From assembly GCA_964587125.1 (NCBI GenBank), contig CAZPKC010000006.1:7881-71880 (forward strand): a DNA stretch of 64,000 bases. The letters run 5' to 3'. Made by a program: the position numbers and the translations under genes. Shown here piece by piece: positions 27,899-38,644 of the stretch. Source of the DNA: an uncultured Rhodospirillaceae bacterium (lineage in GTDB: Bacteria; Pseudomonadota; Alphaproteobacteria; UBA9219). The notes beneath the pieces were generated by a model, which was not told the origin of the DNA, did not search any database, and was given only the letters and a program-made list of their open reading frames with translations. Positions within the stretch are counted from its first letter, which is position 1, and every line of letters starts with the position of its first letter.

Positions 27899-29523
27899 AC
27901 CAATCTCGATTTCTGCACGGCAGCCGCGATAAACGATTTGAATAGCGGATGCGGATCGAGCGGTTTGGATTTCAATTCCGGATGGAACTGGACGCCGATG
28001 AACCACGGATGGTCTTTGCGTTCGACCATTTCGGGAAGCTGTCCGTCGGGCGACATGCCGCAAAACACCAATCCGGCTTTTTCAAACTGCGGGCGATAAG
28101 TGATGTTCACTTCATACCGATGCCTGTGACGCTCGTGGATCAGGTCGGTTCCGTAGATTTCGTGCGCTTTGGTTCCTTTAATCAAACGGCACGGATACGC
28201 GCCAAGGCGCATCGTGCCGCCCAGATTTCCGTTCGACTTGCGGATTTCAAGCTGATTGCCTTTCATCCATTCGGTCATGAGGCCGATGACGGCGAAATCG
28301 CTCGCGCCGAATTCGCTCGATGTGGCTTTCGGCACGCCGCCCAGATTCCGCGCGGCTTCGATCACCGCGAGCTGCATGCCGAAGCAGATGCCGAAATAGG
28401 GGATCATTTTTTCGCGCGCGAATTGCGCCGCGCGGATTTTGCCTTCCGTCCCGCGTTCGCCGAAGCCGCCCGGAACCAGAATGCCGTCCACGCCGTCGAG
28501 ATAATGCAGCGTATCCGCGTTCTCGAACACCTGCGAATCCAGCCATTTGAGATTCACGCGCACGTTGTTGGCGATGCCGCCGTGCGTCAGAGCCTCGGAG
28601 AGCGATTTATAGCTGTCGAGAAGGCTTGTGTATTTGCCGACGATCGCGATTGTGACTTCGCCTTCCGGCTCGCGCACGCGCTGGACGATGTTCTTCCACG
28701 GAGTCAGATTCGGCTTCGGTTCCGTCGGCAAATTAAAATAGCGCACCGCCTGTTCGTCGAGCCCCTGCTCGTGATATTTGACCGGCACGTTGTAAATCGT
28801 GTCCATGTCGAGCGCTTCGATCACGCATTCGGGCTTGACGTTGCAGAACAGCGCAATTTTTCTGCGCTCGTTGTCCGGGATCGCGCGTTCCGCGCGGCAC
28901 AAAAGGATTTCGGGTTGAATGCCGACGCTGAGCAATTCCTTGACCGAATGCTGGGTCGGCTTTGTTTTAAGCTCGCCCGCGGATTTGATGTAAGGCAGAA
29001 GCGTCACGTGGATGAAGAGGCAGTTTGCCGATCCCTCTTCGTTGCGCAATTGACGGATCGCCTCGAGGAACGGCAGGCCTTCGATATCGCCCACCGTGCC
29101 GCCGATCTCGCAAAGGCAGAAATCTTCGCCGTGCAAATCGGCGCGGATAAATTCCTTGATCGCGTCGGTGACGTGCGGAATGACCTGAACCGTCGCGCCC
29201 AGATAATCGCCGTGGCGTTCCTTGCCGATGACGGACGAATAAATCTTGCCCGACGTGACGTTGTCGCTTTGCCGCGAGGCCACGCCCGTGAAGCGTTCAT
29301 AATGGCCCAGATCGAGATCGGTTTCCGCGCCGTCGTCCGTGACGTAAACCTCGCCGTGTTGCGTCGGCGCCATCGTTCCCGGATCGACGTTGAGATAAGG
29401 ATCGAGCTTGCGGAGGCGGACTTTATAGCCCCGCGCCTGCAGCAAAGCGCCGAGCGCCGAAGACGCGAGCCCCTTGCCCAACGAGGACACAACGCCGCCG
29501 GTAATAAAAATAAAACGAGTCAT
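27895..29523 (-). CDS. pyrG: CTP synthase
   Basis: [35 protein letters not shown]...; GATase domain with GICFGMQ. Confidence 0.95.
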
Positions 29524-29576
29524 TCAACAAATCTCCGCCAACTCAAACGACTTTAGGGCAGTCAATAAGAAAAACC

Positions 29577-29927
29577 TCATTTAGCCAAAGGAACCTGCGG
29601 CCCTGCGGGAGCCTGAGGAGCTTCGGGCGCTTTTTGCTCTTCGACAGGAGCCACGGGCGCAATCTGATCGATCAGGCTGGCGCTTTTATGCTGGCTGCTG
29701 GCCATAACGCCTAACGCAAGACTGTTCAGAATGAATAGCGTGGCGAGAACCGCCGTCGTTCTCGTCAGCAAATTGGCGGAACCGCGCGCCGTAAACAGGC
29801 CGCCCATCGTGCCGCCCCCTCCGCCGCCCATCAGGCCGCCGCCGTCCTGCGCCGTGCGCTGAACCAAAATCACGGCGACCAGCGCCAGAGCGAGGATCAA
29901 TTGAACGACAAGCAGGACATTTTGCAT
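29577..29927 (-). CDS. secG: Preprotein translocase subunit SecG
   Basis: MQNVLLVVQLILALALVAVILVQ...GGG-rich loop...LTRTTAVLATLFILNSLALG. Start at M26 of the track ORF. Confidence 0.8.
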   Translation of the reverse strand: MQNVLLVVQLILALALVAVILVQRTAQDGGGLMGGGGGGTMGGLFTARGSANLLTRTTAVLATLFILNSLALGVMASSQHKSASLIDQIAPVAPVEEQKAPEAPQAPAGPQVPLAK

Positions 29928-30550
29928 TGAGAAAACCCCTCGAAAAAAACGAACAAACAAAAAACAGCCGCACCGAATCTTTATGACCCGGTTCAGTTGC
30001 ATAGGACTTATTTTGGGCTGGAATGACTTTATAGATGATGTAAGGGGAAAAAGGAAGCGTTACGGAGAACTTTTCTTCGGAAATTTTCCGTCCGGTTTTC
30101 GGCGACAAATGCGAAAAGAAAAAAGACGATTTATTCATTATTAACAATAGAGTGGCGCGCATATTTAAATCTGTTTTCGATCATGAAGGCAATCGTTTCA
30201 ACCTCGATCTATTCTCTTCAGTTAAAGGCAAATTTTGATAGCATTTTTTCCGCGTCCGATTCGGCATACGCGGAGGCTTTATGGTTTTGCCGATAAAGTA
30301 AGGAGAAACTTTTTATGATCAATTCCCCTTTTGATTCAGACCAACAGACTAGGATATCCGTCTATAACGAAAGAGTGGAGAGAGCAAGCAGCCTTAGACT
30401 GCAAGAAAATATCGGGATATCTCTCGATAATACCTCTCGCGAGCCCGATCCGTCGAAACGCCCCCCGCTTCAGCTTCCAAACCGCCCCTCCCGAAGAACA
30501 AACGGGGTTTCCGAAAATTGGGCGCTAGCTCTTCCTCCCGCTCAGTAACA

Positions 30551-30889
30551 TTACCGATCCTCGAACGGAATGCCTTTCGCGGCGAGAAGTTTCTGCATCT
30601 CGCCCTCCTCCACCATCTCGCGCATGATGTCGCTGCCGCCGACAAATTCGCCTTTGATATAAAGCTGCGGCAGCGTCGGCCAGTTGCTGAAATCCTTAAT
30701 GCCCTGATGAAGGCTGGGATCGGCCAGAACGTCAATCGCCTTATATTTTACGCCAAGCATCGAGAGGATCTGCACCGCCTGCGCCGAAAATCCGCATTGG
30801 GGAAAAACGGGCGTGCCTTTCATATACAAAACGACGGGGTTTGTAGAAACTTCGGAGTGAATGCGCTCGGCGACGACAGGATTGATCAT
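30551..30889 (-). CDS. grxD: Grx4-family monothiol glutaredoxin
   Basis: CGFS active site (FPQCGFSAQAV) and WPTLPQLYIKGEFVGGSDI. Confidence 0.9.
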   Translation of the reverse strand: MINPVVAERIHSEVSTNPVVLYMKGTPVFPQCGFSAQAVQILSMLGVKYKAIDVLADPSLHQGIKDFSNWPTLPQLYIKGEFVGGSDIMREMVEEGEMQKLLAAKGIPFEDR

Positions 30890-31281
30890 GAAAAAATCTC
30901 CTCGTTCAACGGCGTATTATGCCTCCGGAACGCCGGGGAGAGAAGAAAAATCGGGAGACATTTTTGTCGAATCGACGTACTGTTTTTCGGCTATCGATGC
31001 GTACCTTTTTCGGCTCCAAGGATATTGCGTATGTTTTCTCCCGACTCGCCGCCACCTTTAAAATATCATCATGTGAAGCCTCCCTCTCCAAAACGCGAGG
31101 AAGCGTGGCTATGGGTTAAAAGAATTCTGCAGGTCTTGTTCATTATTATAGGCGTCGGCGCAATCGTCGGCATAATTCTTTTTGGCCCTAAAGGAAAGAA
31201 GCTCGTCTGCGACAGGAATATGCAGGTGGGAGCGTCGCTTATTTCTTTCGGCTCTTGCACAGAACAATAATCACTCTTTAA

Positions 31282-31521
31282 TTACTCTTTTTGCGGAATG
31301 GCCGTTTTCAACGACAGCGCATGAAGAACGCCACCCACGCGGCCCTGCAGAGCCGCGTAGACCATTTGATGCTGCTGCACGCGCGTTTTTCCGACGAAAG
31401 ACCGGCTTTCCACAGTCGCTTGGAAATGATCGCCGTCGCCGCGCAAGTCTTTTAATTCCACAACGGCGTCGGGCAAAGCTTCTTTAATCAGGCGCAAAAT
31501 TTCCGCTTCGGTCATCGGCAT
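31282..31521 (-). CDS. bolA: BolA-family protein
   Basis: 79 aa, with GDGDHFQATVESRSFVGKTRVQQHQMVYAAL. Confidence 0.8.
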   Translation of the reverse strand: MPMTEAEILRLIKEALPDAVVELKDLRGDGDHFQATVESRSFVGKTRVQQHQMVYAALQGRVGGVLHALSLKTAIPQKE

Positions 31522-31533
31522 CGTCTTGTTCCC

Positions 31534-33741
31534 CTATCTCATATAGTCCGGCAAGAAAGATTCATGCGCGCGGCGCAGCGCGTCCACGGCAACGCCGCCG
31601 TCGGGCAACGCGATATCGGCGCCATTTGTTTGGCCAAGCTTCGTCAAAAGAATGCCTGATGCTTTGGCTTTTTGGGCAACACTATCGGGAAATTTGGTCG
31701 CAATAACATAACGCCCCTGATCTTCGCCGAACCAGAAAGCCGCGTCGCCTTTCTGCTCGATCGAAATGCCGACGCCTTTTGGCATCGCCATTTCGGCTAT
31801 CGCCACGAGCAAGCCTCCGTCCGAAACGTCGTGGCATGAGGTCAGAAGTTTTTCGTCGATCAACGCGCGGACGAATTCGCCGCGTTTGCGTTCGTCCTTC
31901 AAATTCACTGGCGGCGGCGCGCCTTCTTCCTTGCCAAAAATTTCTCTCAAATAAAGGGATTGTCCGAGTGCGCCTTTCGTCTCGCCGAGGGCGAAGACGG
32001 TTTCACCCTCCCCCTGGAACGCGATGCCAACGGCTTTCGTCACGTCCGGCATCAGGCCGACGCCGCCGATCGAAGGCGCGGGAAAAATCGGATGGCCGCT
32101 CGTTTCGTTGTAAAGGCTGCAATTTCCCGATACGACGGGGTAATCAAGCGCAAGGCACGCTTCTTTGATGCCCTGAATCGCGCCGACGAACTGGCCCATG
32201 ATGCGCGGCTTTTCGGGATTGCCGAAGTTCATGCAGTCCGTGATCGCCAAAGGCTTGGCTCCCACCGCATTGATGTTGCGCCACGTTTCGGCGACAGCCT
32301 GCATGCCGCCCATGACGGGATCGGCGGCGCAATAACGCGGCGTGCAATCGGTCGTTATCGCCAAGGCTTTCTTGCTGTCGTCAAGCCGCACCACAGCCGC
32401 ATCGCCTCCGGAACCTTGCGCCGTGTTCGCGCGAACGAGGCTGTCGTATTGCTCCCATATCCAGCGCTTGGAGCACAGATCGGGCGAGGCAATGAGTTTT
32501 TGCAAGACGCCTAAGATCGTTTCGCCTTTTGGCAACGGATAGCTTGACGCCGCGATTTCGGCGGGAGGCTTCGTCGGCTCCCACGGGCGTTCATAAACCG
32601 GCGATTGATCGACGAGCGGCGCAACCGCGATATCGATTTCCTTATTGCCGTGAAGCGTGCAAACCATGCGGCCCGTGTCAGTCAAATGGCCGATGATGGC
32701 GAAGTCCAGCTCCCATTTTTTGAAGATGCGTTCAGCTTCGGCTTCGCGTCCGGGTTTCAAGACCATCAGCATGCGTTCCTGGCTTTCGGAAAGCATGATC
32801 TCGTAAGCCGACATCCCCTTCTCGCGCAACGGCACTTTGTCGAGGTCGATTTCGATGCCGAGGCCCCCTTTCGAGGCCATTTCGACGGCCGAGCATGTCA
32901 ATCCCGCCGCGCCCATATCCTGAATGCCGATGATCGCATCGGTCGCCATAAGTTCGAGGCACGCTTCGAGCACCAGCTTTTCCGTGAACGGATCGCCCAC
33001 CTGCACCGTCGGGCGTTTGCTCTCGGAATCTTGGTTGAATTCGCCCGAGGCCATCGTCGCGCCCTTGATTCCGTCGCGCCCCGTTTTGGAGCCGACATAG
33101 ACGACCGAATTGCCGACGCCCGCCGCGGCGGAATAGAAAATCCTGTTGGCGTCGGCGACGCCTACCGTCATCGCGTTGACGAGATTATTGCCGTTGTAGC
33201 TCGGATGAAAATTAGTTTGGCCGCCGACGGTCGGAACGCCGATGCAGTTGCCGTAGCCTCCGATCCCCGCCGTGACGCCCGCGATCAGGGATTTCGTTTT
33301 CGGATGATCGAGCGCGCCGAACCACAAGGCGTTGAGGTTGGCGACGGGCCGCGCGCCCATCGTGAAAATATCGCGCAGGATTCCGCCTACCCCCGTGCCC
33401 GCGCCTTGATAAGGCTCGATGTAGGAAGGATGGTTGTGGCTCTCCATTTTGAATATGGCAGCTTGGCCGTCTCCTATGTCGATCACGCCCGCATTTTCGC
33501 CCGGCCCGCAGATGACGTGCGGCCCTTTCGTCGGTAGTTGCTTGAGCCACAGCTTCGTCGATTTGTACGAGCAATGCTCCGACCACATCGCGGCGGCCAC
33601 GCCGAATTCCGCCAAAGTCGGCTCGCGCCCCATGATGCCCAAAAGGACTTTATATTCCTCGCGCGACATGCTGTGTTCGGCCAGCAATTTGTCGATGCCG
33701 CCTTTTTCTTTGGAAACCGTTTTTATCTTGGATTCTGTCAT
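31534..33741 (-). CDS. purL: Phosphoribosylformylglycinamidine synthase subunit PurL
   Basis: SREEYKVLLGIMGREPTLAEFGVAAAMWSEHCSYKSTK; two AIRS-like domains. Start placed at M12 of the track ORF. Confidence 0.9.
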   Translation of the reverse strand: MTESKIKTVSKEKGGIDKLLAEHSMSREEYKVLLGIMGREPTLAEFGVAAAMWSEHCSYKSTKLWLKQLPTKGPHVICGPGENAGVIDIGDGQAAIFKMESHNHPSYIEPYQGAGTGVGGILRDIFTMGARPVANLNALWFGALDHPKTKSLIAGVTAGIGGYGNCIGVPTVGGQTNFHPSYNGNNLVNAMTVGVADANRIFYSAAAGVGNSVVYVGSKTGRDGIKGATMASGEFNQDSESKRPTVQVGDPFTEKLVLEACLELMATDAIIGIQDMGAAGLTCSAVEMASKGGLGIEIDLDKVPLREKGMSAYEIMLSESQERMLMVLKPGREAEAERIFKKWELDFAIIGHLTDTGRMVCTLHGNKEIDIAVAPLVDQSPVYERPWEPTKPPAEIAASSYPLPKGETILGVLQKLIASPDLCSKRWIWEQYDSLVRANTAQGSGGDAAVVRLDDSKKALAITTDCTPRYCAADPVMGGMQAVAETWRNINAVGAKPLAITDCMNFGNPEKPRIMGQFVGAIQGIKEACLALDYPVVSGNCSLYNETSGHPIFPAPSIGGVGLMPDVTKAVGIAFQGEGETVFALGETKGALGQSLYLREIFGKEEGAPPPVNLKDERKRGEFVRALIDEKLLTSCHDVSDGGLLVAIAEMAMPKGVGISIEQKGDAAFWFGEDQGRYVIATKFPDSVAQKAKASGILLTKLGQTNGADIALPDGGVAVDALRRAHESFLPDYMR

Positions 33742-33839
33742 GTTGATCTTTCGTTTCTTAACCGCCCGAAACACTACACTAGATTCTTCCCCTGCAAAAT
33801 GGCAAGATTGAAAGGTTAACGGCCCCCACGGAGGATCCC

Positions 33840-34631
33840 ATGTCCATAACAGTCAAGGATATCGTCAAGGGCGGAAAACCCATTGTTTGCCTCACCTCCT
33901 ATACGGCGCCTATGGCGAAAATCGTCGATCCCCTTGTCGATATTATCCTGGTCGGGGATTCGCTCGGCATGACCATTTACGGGTTCGAAAATACCCTGCC
34001 CGTAACGATCGACATGATGATCGCGCACGGAGCCGCCGTGGTTCGCAACGCGTCGCATGCGCTCGTCGTCGTCGATATGCCCATAGGCACTTACGAGAAA
34101 TCGCCGAAGCAGGCGTTGGAAAACGCGCGGCGCATCATGAAGGAAACCAAATGCGCGGCGGTCAAACCGGAGGGCGGCGTCGAACTGGCTCCTACCGTGC
34201 GCCACCTCGTCGAAAACGGCGTGCCCGTGATGGGGCATGTCGGGTTGATGCCTCAATCCGTCGAGAAAATGGGCGGGTATAAAATTCAGGGGCGCAACGA
34301 CGAGGGCGCGAAAAAAGTCATGGCCGACGCCAAAGCCATAGCGGACGCGGGAGCTTTTTGCGTCGTCATCGAAGGAACGTTAGAGCCCGTGGCGAAAGAC
34401 ATCACGAACGCGATTTCGGTTCCCACAATCGGGATCGGCGCGTCGCCCGCGTGCGACGGGCAGGTTTTGGTGATCGACGATATTCTCGGGTTGTTTACGG
34501 CCTTCACGCCGAAGTTCGTCAAACGGTATGCGGAATTGGCGCCTGTTATTTCGGCTGCTGTCGGAAAATACGCGGAGGAAGTGCGCGCGCGGAAGTTTCC
34601 GGAAATGGGGCATTGTTTTTTGGCAAAATAG
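33840..34631 (+). CDS. panB: 3-methyl-2-oxobutanoate hydroxymethyltransferase
   Basis: [13 protein letters not shown]...[13 protein letters not shown]... Confidence 0.9.
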   Translation: MSITVKDIVKGGKPIVCLTSYTAPMAKIVDPLVDIILVGDSLGMTIYGFENTLPVTIDMMIAHGAAVVRNASHALVVVDMPIGTYEKSPKQALENARRIMKETKCAAVKPEGGVELAPTVRHLVENGVPVMGHVGLMPQSVEKMGGYKIQGRNDEGAKKVMADAKAIADAGAFCVVIEGTLEPVAKDITNAISVPTIGIGASPACDGQVLVIDDILGLFTAFTPKFVKRYAELAPVISAAVGKYAEEVRARKFPEMGHCFLAK

Positions 34632-34704
34632 ATTGATGAAAGTATTATCGAACAAATAAATGGCTTAAAAAAAACAGGCGATAAAGGATCGATAATGTGG
34701 CCTG

Positions 34705-34962
34705 TTGGAGGATGACATGGATATTTCAGAAATTACGATCCTTTCCGGGACAGCAGCGTACGAGATTGCTAATTATGTGGTTATGACCCGTCGTCTTTTT
34801 CCCCGCAAAAAGAAAGACATATCTTCTGCTCCAATTGTCAGGCGGCTTACTGCGGAAGACAAGTATGCCTGCGAAAACGGATTGCCTCTTCCCAACCGCG
34901 CGAAACCGAGAACACAAGTTAAAGCCAATCCGCGAACGCTAATACCGGGTAATTCTTGTTAG
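34705..34962 (+). CDS. Possible small hypothetical protein (85 aa), AT-rich
   Basis: ORF only; weak. Confidence 0.2.
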   Translation: MEDDMDISEITILSGTAAYEIANYVVMTRRLFPRKKKDISSAPIVRRLTAEDKYACENGLPLPNRAKPRTQVKANPRTLIPGNSC

Positions 34963-34966
34963 TTTC

Positions 34967-35671
34967 TTAGAAAAACACATCGCCTGCGTTGATGTTGCGC
35001 TCGGTTCCGTCTTGCAAGCGCAGGTGAAGGTTGCCTTCGGAATCCAAATCCACAAATTCGCCGACGAGTTCGGTTTTGTCCGGAAGGCGGACGCGCAGGT
35101 TGCCTTTGCGGGCCTCTGCGAGCCACGCGGCGCGTATCGGAGCAAAGCCTTTTTCGTTCATACGGACGTACCACACATTGAAAGATTCCAAAATTGCATT
35201 CAAAACATCTTCGAGCGGGGGAAGGTTGCTTTTCTCCGCCGCAAGGCTTGTCGCCGGATAGAGTGGATTTTCGGGAATATTTTGTACGTTGAGGCCGATG
35301 CCTGCTATGAGAAAATCCCCGCCGGATTCCAGCAAAATGCCGCTGATTTTTTTGCCCTGCGCCAGAACATCGTTCGGCCATTTGAGTTCGACAATCGCAT
35401 CGGGCAAAAATCCGCGCACGACCTCGCTTATCGCCAGTGCCGCGACGAAGCTGTAATTTCCCCACGCGCGTTTTGGCAAAGGCGGGCGAAGAAGAACGGA
35501 AAAATATAAATTGCCTTCGGGGGATTGCCACGCGCGCCCCTGCCGTCCCCGTCCTGCGGTTTGGGTCAGAGCCCAAACAACCAAGCCTTCGGGAGCGCCG
35601 GTTTCCGCCGCCCTTTTGGCGTCGTCGTTCGTGCTTGCGGTCACCTCTATGCGGCGGATAGTGAACTTCAT
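34967..35671 (-). CDS. birA: Biotin--[acetyl-CoA-carboxylase] ligase (group I, no DNA-binding domain)
   Basis: ALTQTAGRGRQGRAWQSPEGNLYFSVLL; overlaps the nuoN stop. Confidence 0.85.
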   Translation of the reverse strand: MKFTIRRIEVTASTNDDAKRAAETGAPEGLVVWALTQTAGRGRQGRAWQSPEGNLYFSVLLRPPLPKRAWGNYSFVAALAISEVVRGFLPDAIVELKWPNDVLAQGKKISGILLESGGDFLIAGIGLNVQNIPENPLYPATSLAAEKSNLPPLEDVLNAILESFNVWYVRMNEKGFAPIRAAWLAEARKGNLRVRLPDKTELVGEFVDLDSEGNLHLRLQDGTERNINAGDVFF

Positions 35672-37140
35672 CAGCCTATAAATCCTTTTGCCGCGCTAAG
35701 CGCGCTATCGATCAACGGCGCGGGAACGAGCGCAAAACAAATCATCGCCAAGGATGAAAGCGCGAGAACGGTTTTGACGCCCCAATCCGGCAAGGGATCG
35801 ATGCCCATGAGAGGTTCGTCGAAATACATGATCTTGATGAGGCGCAGATAATAAGTCGCCGTCACGACGCTCGTCAAAACGCCGACGATCGCAAGCGGAA
35901 GCAAATCCGCTTTGACCGCCGCAAGGAACATGAAATATTTGCCGAAAAATCCCGCCAGCGGCGGAACACCCGCCAGAGAAAACATCAAAACCGCCATCGC
36001 CAGCGCCACAAGCGGATTGGTTTTCGAAAGGCCTGAAAGATCGACGATCGACTCGACGGCTTTGCCACGGCGGCGCAGGCACAAAATAACCGCGAAAGCG
36101 CCGAGCGTATTCAAAGCATAGATCGCAAAATAAATCAGGATGGCTTGAACGCCCGAAGCGCCTCCGACGACAAGCCCGATAAGGAGCGTACCGACGTTGG
36201 CGATGGAACTGTAGGCCAGAAGGCGTTTCAGGTTCGTTTGCACAAGTCCCGCGAACGCGCCCCAAAGCATCGAGGCTATGGAAATAAATATAATCACCTG
36301 ATGCGCCTGCGCCGTCAGGCCGATCATCGGCTGCAGCAAAAAGCGCGCGAATAAAGCCAGCGCCGCAAGCTTCGGCGCCGAGGCGAAAAACGCCGTCACG
36401 GGCGTGGGCGCGCCTTCGTAGACGTCCGGCGCCCACATATGAAAAGGCACGCCGGATATTTTAAATGCCAGCGCCGCGCAGACGAAAACCATCCCCGCGA
36501 CGACGCCCGGATGCGCCGCTCCGCGCAACGCGAACGCCAGATCGACGAAATCGGTCGTTCCGGCAAAACCGTAAATCAAAGAAATGCCGTAGAGCAAAAT
36601 CCCCGACGACAAAGCGCCGAGGACGAAATATTTCAGCCCCGCTTCGCTCGACCGCGCGTCGTCGCGCAAAAACGCCGCAAGGACATAGAGCGACAGGCTT
36701 TGAAGCTCCACTCCGACGTAAAGCGAAAGCAGATTGCTGGCCGAGATCATCAGCATCATGCCAAGCGCCGCGAAGAGCATCAAAACGGGATACTCGGGAC
36801 GTTCGCGCTTGCCGGATTCAAAATAGCTCCACGACAAAAGGATCGACAGCCCCGAAGCGCCGAGGACAATCGTTTTGGCAAAACGGGCGAAAGCGTCGTC
36901 CACGAATTGCGCGTTGAAAGCGAAAACAGGCAACGCGCCGTTCAGCAAAAGGCCAAGCCGCGACGGGCAAAACATCGTTGCAACGGCAAGGACAAAAACC
37001 GCAATCGCCAGAATGCCGATGTGCCGCGTCGCGCGCGCGCCGCAAACCGCAGCAGCGATAAGGGAGACGAGAGCCGCTACGGCAATCTCGATTTCCGGCA
37101 TCGCGACCATAAAGGATCGGGGATCAATCATGTTGCGCAC
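35671..37140 (-). CDS. nuoN: NADH-quinone oxidoreductase subunit N
   Basis: Polytopic membrane protein; last gene of the nuo operon. Confidence 0.85.
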   Translation of the reverse strand: MRNMIDPRSFMVAMPEIEIAVAALVSLIAAAVCGARATRHIGILAIAVFVLAVATMFCPSRLGLLLNGALPVFAFNAQFVDDAFARFAKTIVLGASGLSILLSWSYFESGKRERPEYPVLMLFAALGMMLMISASNLLSLYVGVELQSLSLYVLAAFLRDDARSSEAGLKYFVLGALSSGILLYGISLIYGFAGTTDFVDLAFALRGAAHPGVVAGMVFVCAALAFKISGVPFHMWAPDVYEGAPTPVTAFFASAPKLAALALFARFLLQPMIGLTAQAHQVIIFISIASMLWGAFAGLVQTNLKRLLAYSSIANVGTLLIGLVVGGASGVQAILIYFAIYALNTLGAFAVILCLRRRGKAVESIVDLSGLSKTNPLVALAMAVLMFSLAGVPPLAGFFGKYFMFLAAVKADLLPLAIVGVLTSVVTATYYLRLIKIMYFDEPLMGIDPLPDWGVKTVLALSSLAMICFALVPAPLIDSALSAAKGFIG

Positions 37141-38635
37141 TTTCAGCCTGCGCTTCGAAAAGAGTCAAAGTCCTTTCCAAAGTCGGCGCGTAAACAGTGT
37201 GGAAGGTCGAAGGATAAATGCCGATCCAAAAAACCAAAACGAGAAGCGGGGCAAAAACGGCGATCTCGCGCATGTTCAGATCGGACATAGCGCGAACATC
37301 CTCCTTATCGAGCACGCCGAAAAACAGGCGGCGATAAAGCCAAAGCATATAGCAAGCGCCGAAAATAATGCCCGTCGCCGCGAAGAAAGCAAACCAGCTA
37401 TTGGCCAAAAACGCGCCCTGCATGCTGAGAAATTCGCCGACGAAGCCGGAAGTGCCGGGCAGTCCTATCGCGGCCAGCATAAAGATCATGAACACCGCAG
37501 CATAACGCGGCATATTTGTTGCCATTCCTCCATAGCGCGAAATCTCGCGCGTATGCAGGCGGTCGTAAACAACGCCGACGCAGAGGAACAACGCGGCGGC
37601 GACGAAAGCGTGCGATATGATGACGAACATCGCGCCGTCGAAGCCTTGTTGGGTGAAGGTGAACAACCCCAATGTGACGTAGCCCATATGCGCGACGGAG
37701 GAATACGCGATGAGTTTTTTCATATCCGTTTGCGCCAAGGCAACAAGCGAGGCGTAGACAATCGCGATAAGGCTCAGGACGATCATCAGCGGCGCGAAAT
37801 ACTTGCTGGCTTCGGGAAGCATTTGAATAGAGACGCGAATGAAGCCGTAGGCTCCCATCTTCAGCAAAACGCCCGCGAGGATGACCGAACCTGCCGTGGG
37901 CGCTTCGACATGCGCGTAAGGCAACCACGTGTGGAACGGCCACAAAGGCGTTTTGACCGCGAATGATGCGAAAAACGCGAGCCACAACCAAAGGACCATT
38001 TCCTTGGGGAATTTGCCGCCCATCATCGCGGTCATATCGGTCGTGCCCGCATGAAGAACCATCGCGATGATCGCGATCAACATCAGAACCGAACCGAGAA
38101 GCGTATAGAGGAAAAACTTATAGGCCGCGTAGGTGCGTTTCTCTCCGCCCCACACGCCGATGATAAGAAACATCGGGATCAGCACGCCTTCGAAGAAGAC
38201 GTAAAACAATACGAAATCGAGGCTCGTGAACGTCCCGATCATCATCGTTTCGAGAACGAGAAGCGCGATCATGAATTCTTTGACCCGCGTTTTGACGCTT
38301 CCGATGGAGGAAAGAATACATAGCGGCGTCAGAATCGTCGAGATCATGACGAACCAAACCGATATGCCGTCGATGCCCTTGATATAGGCGATGCTGAAAG
38401 ACGGCATCCAGACGAAACGTTCCATAAGCTGAAAGCCCGTATTCGCCGAATCGAACCGTTGCAGCATGTCGAACGACAAAACGAGCGTCCCAAGCGAGAC
38501 TAAAAACGCGACTTTCTGAGCGATTTTGGCGCCTTCGTCGTTGCGGCTGTCGCCTTTGACAAACAACAAAATAAGAAACGCGCCGAAAAGCGGGAGAAAT
38601 GTGAGCGCGGAAAGGATGGGAAAGGTTGTCATCAT
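37124..38635 (-). CDS. nuoM: NADH-quinone oxidoreductase subunit M
   Basis: 503-aa antiporter-like subunit. Confidence 0.9.
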   Translation of the reverse strand: MMTTFPILSALTFLPLFGAFLILLFVKGDSRNDEGAKIAQKVAFLVSLGTLVLSFDMLQRFDSANTGFQLMERFVWMPSFSIAYIKGIDGISVWFVMISTILTPLCILSSIGSVKTRVKEFMIALLVLETMMIGTFTSLDFVLFYVFFEGVLIPMFLIIGVWGGEKRTYAAYKFFLYTLLGSVLMLIAIIAMVLHAGTTDMTAMMGGKFPKEMVLWLWLAFFASFAVKTPLWPFHTWLPYAHVEAPTAGSVILAGVLLKMGAYGFIRVSIQMLPEASKYFAPLMIVLSLIAIVYASLVALAQTDMKKLIAYSSVAHMGYVTLGLFTFTQQGFDGAMFVIISHAFVAAALFLCVGVVYDRLHTREISRYGGMATNMPRYAAVFMIFMLAAIGLPGTSGFVGEFLSMQGAFLANSWFAFFAATGIIFGACYMLWLYRRLFFGVLDKEDVRAMSDLNMREIAVFAPLLVLVFWIGIYPSTFHTVYAPTLERTLTLFEAQAESAQHD

Positions 38636-38644
38636 ACGGTCATT

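Noticed and set aside
30518-31270. 250-aa plus-strand ORF between purL-bolA and grxD
   Set aside because: Most of it is antisense to grxD. Only the last ~80 codons (a possible small TM protein from about 31031) could be real. Left uncalled as too weak.
36439-37966. Long plus-strand ORFs (283 aa, 363 aa) antisense to nuoN/nuoM
   Set aside because: The products are Arg/Lys/Gln-rich and low-complexity, typical of antisense frames in high-GC genes. The minus-strand nuo reading frames are unambiguous.
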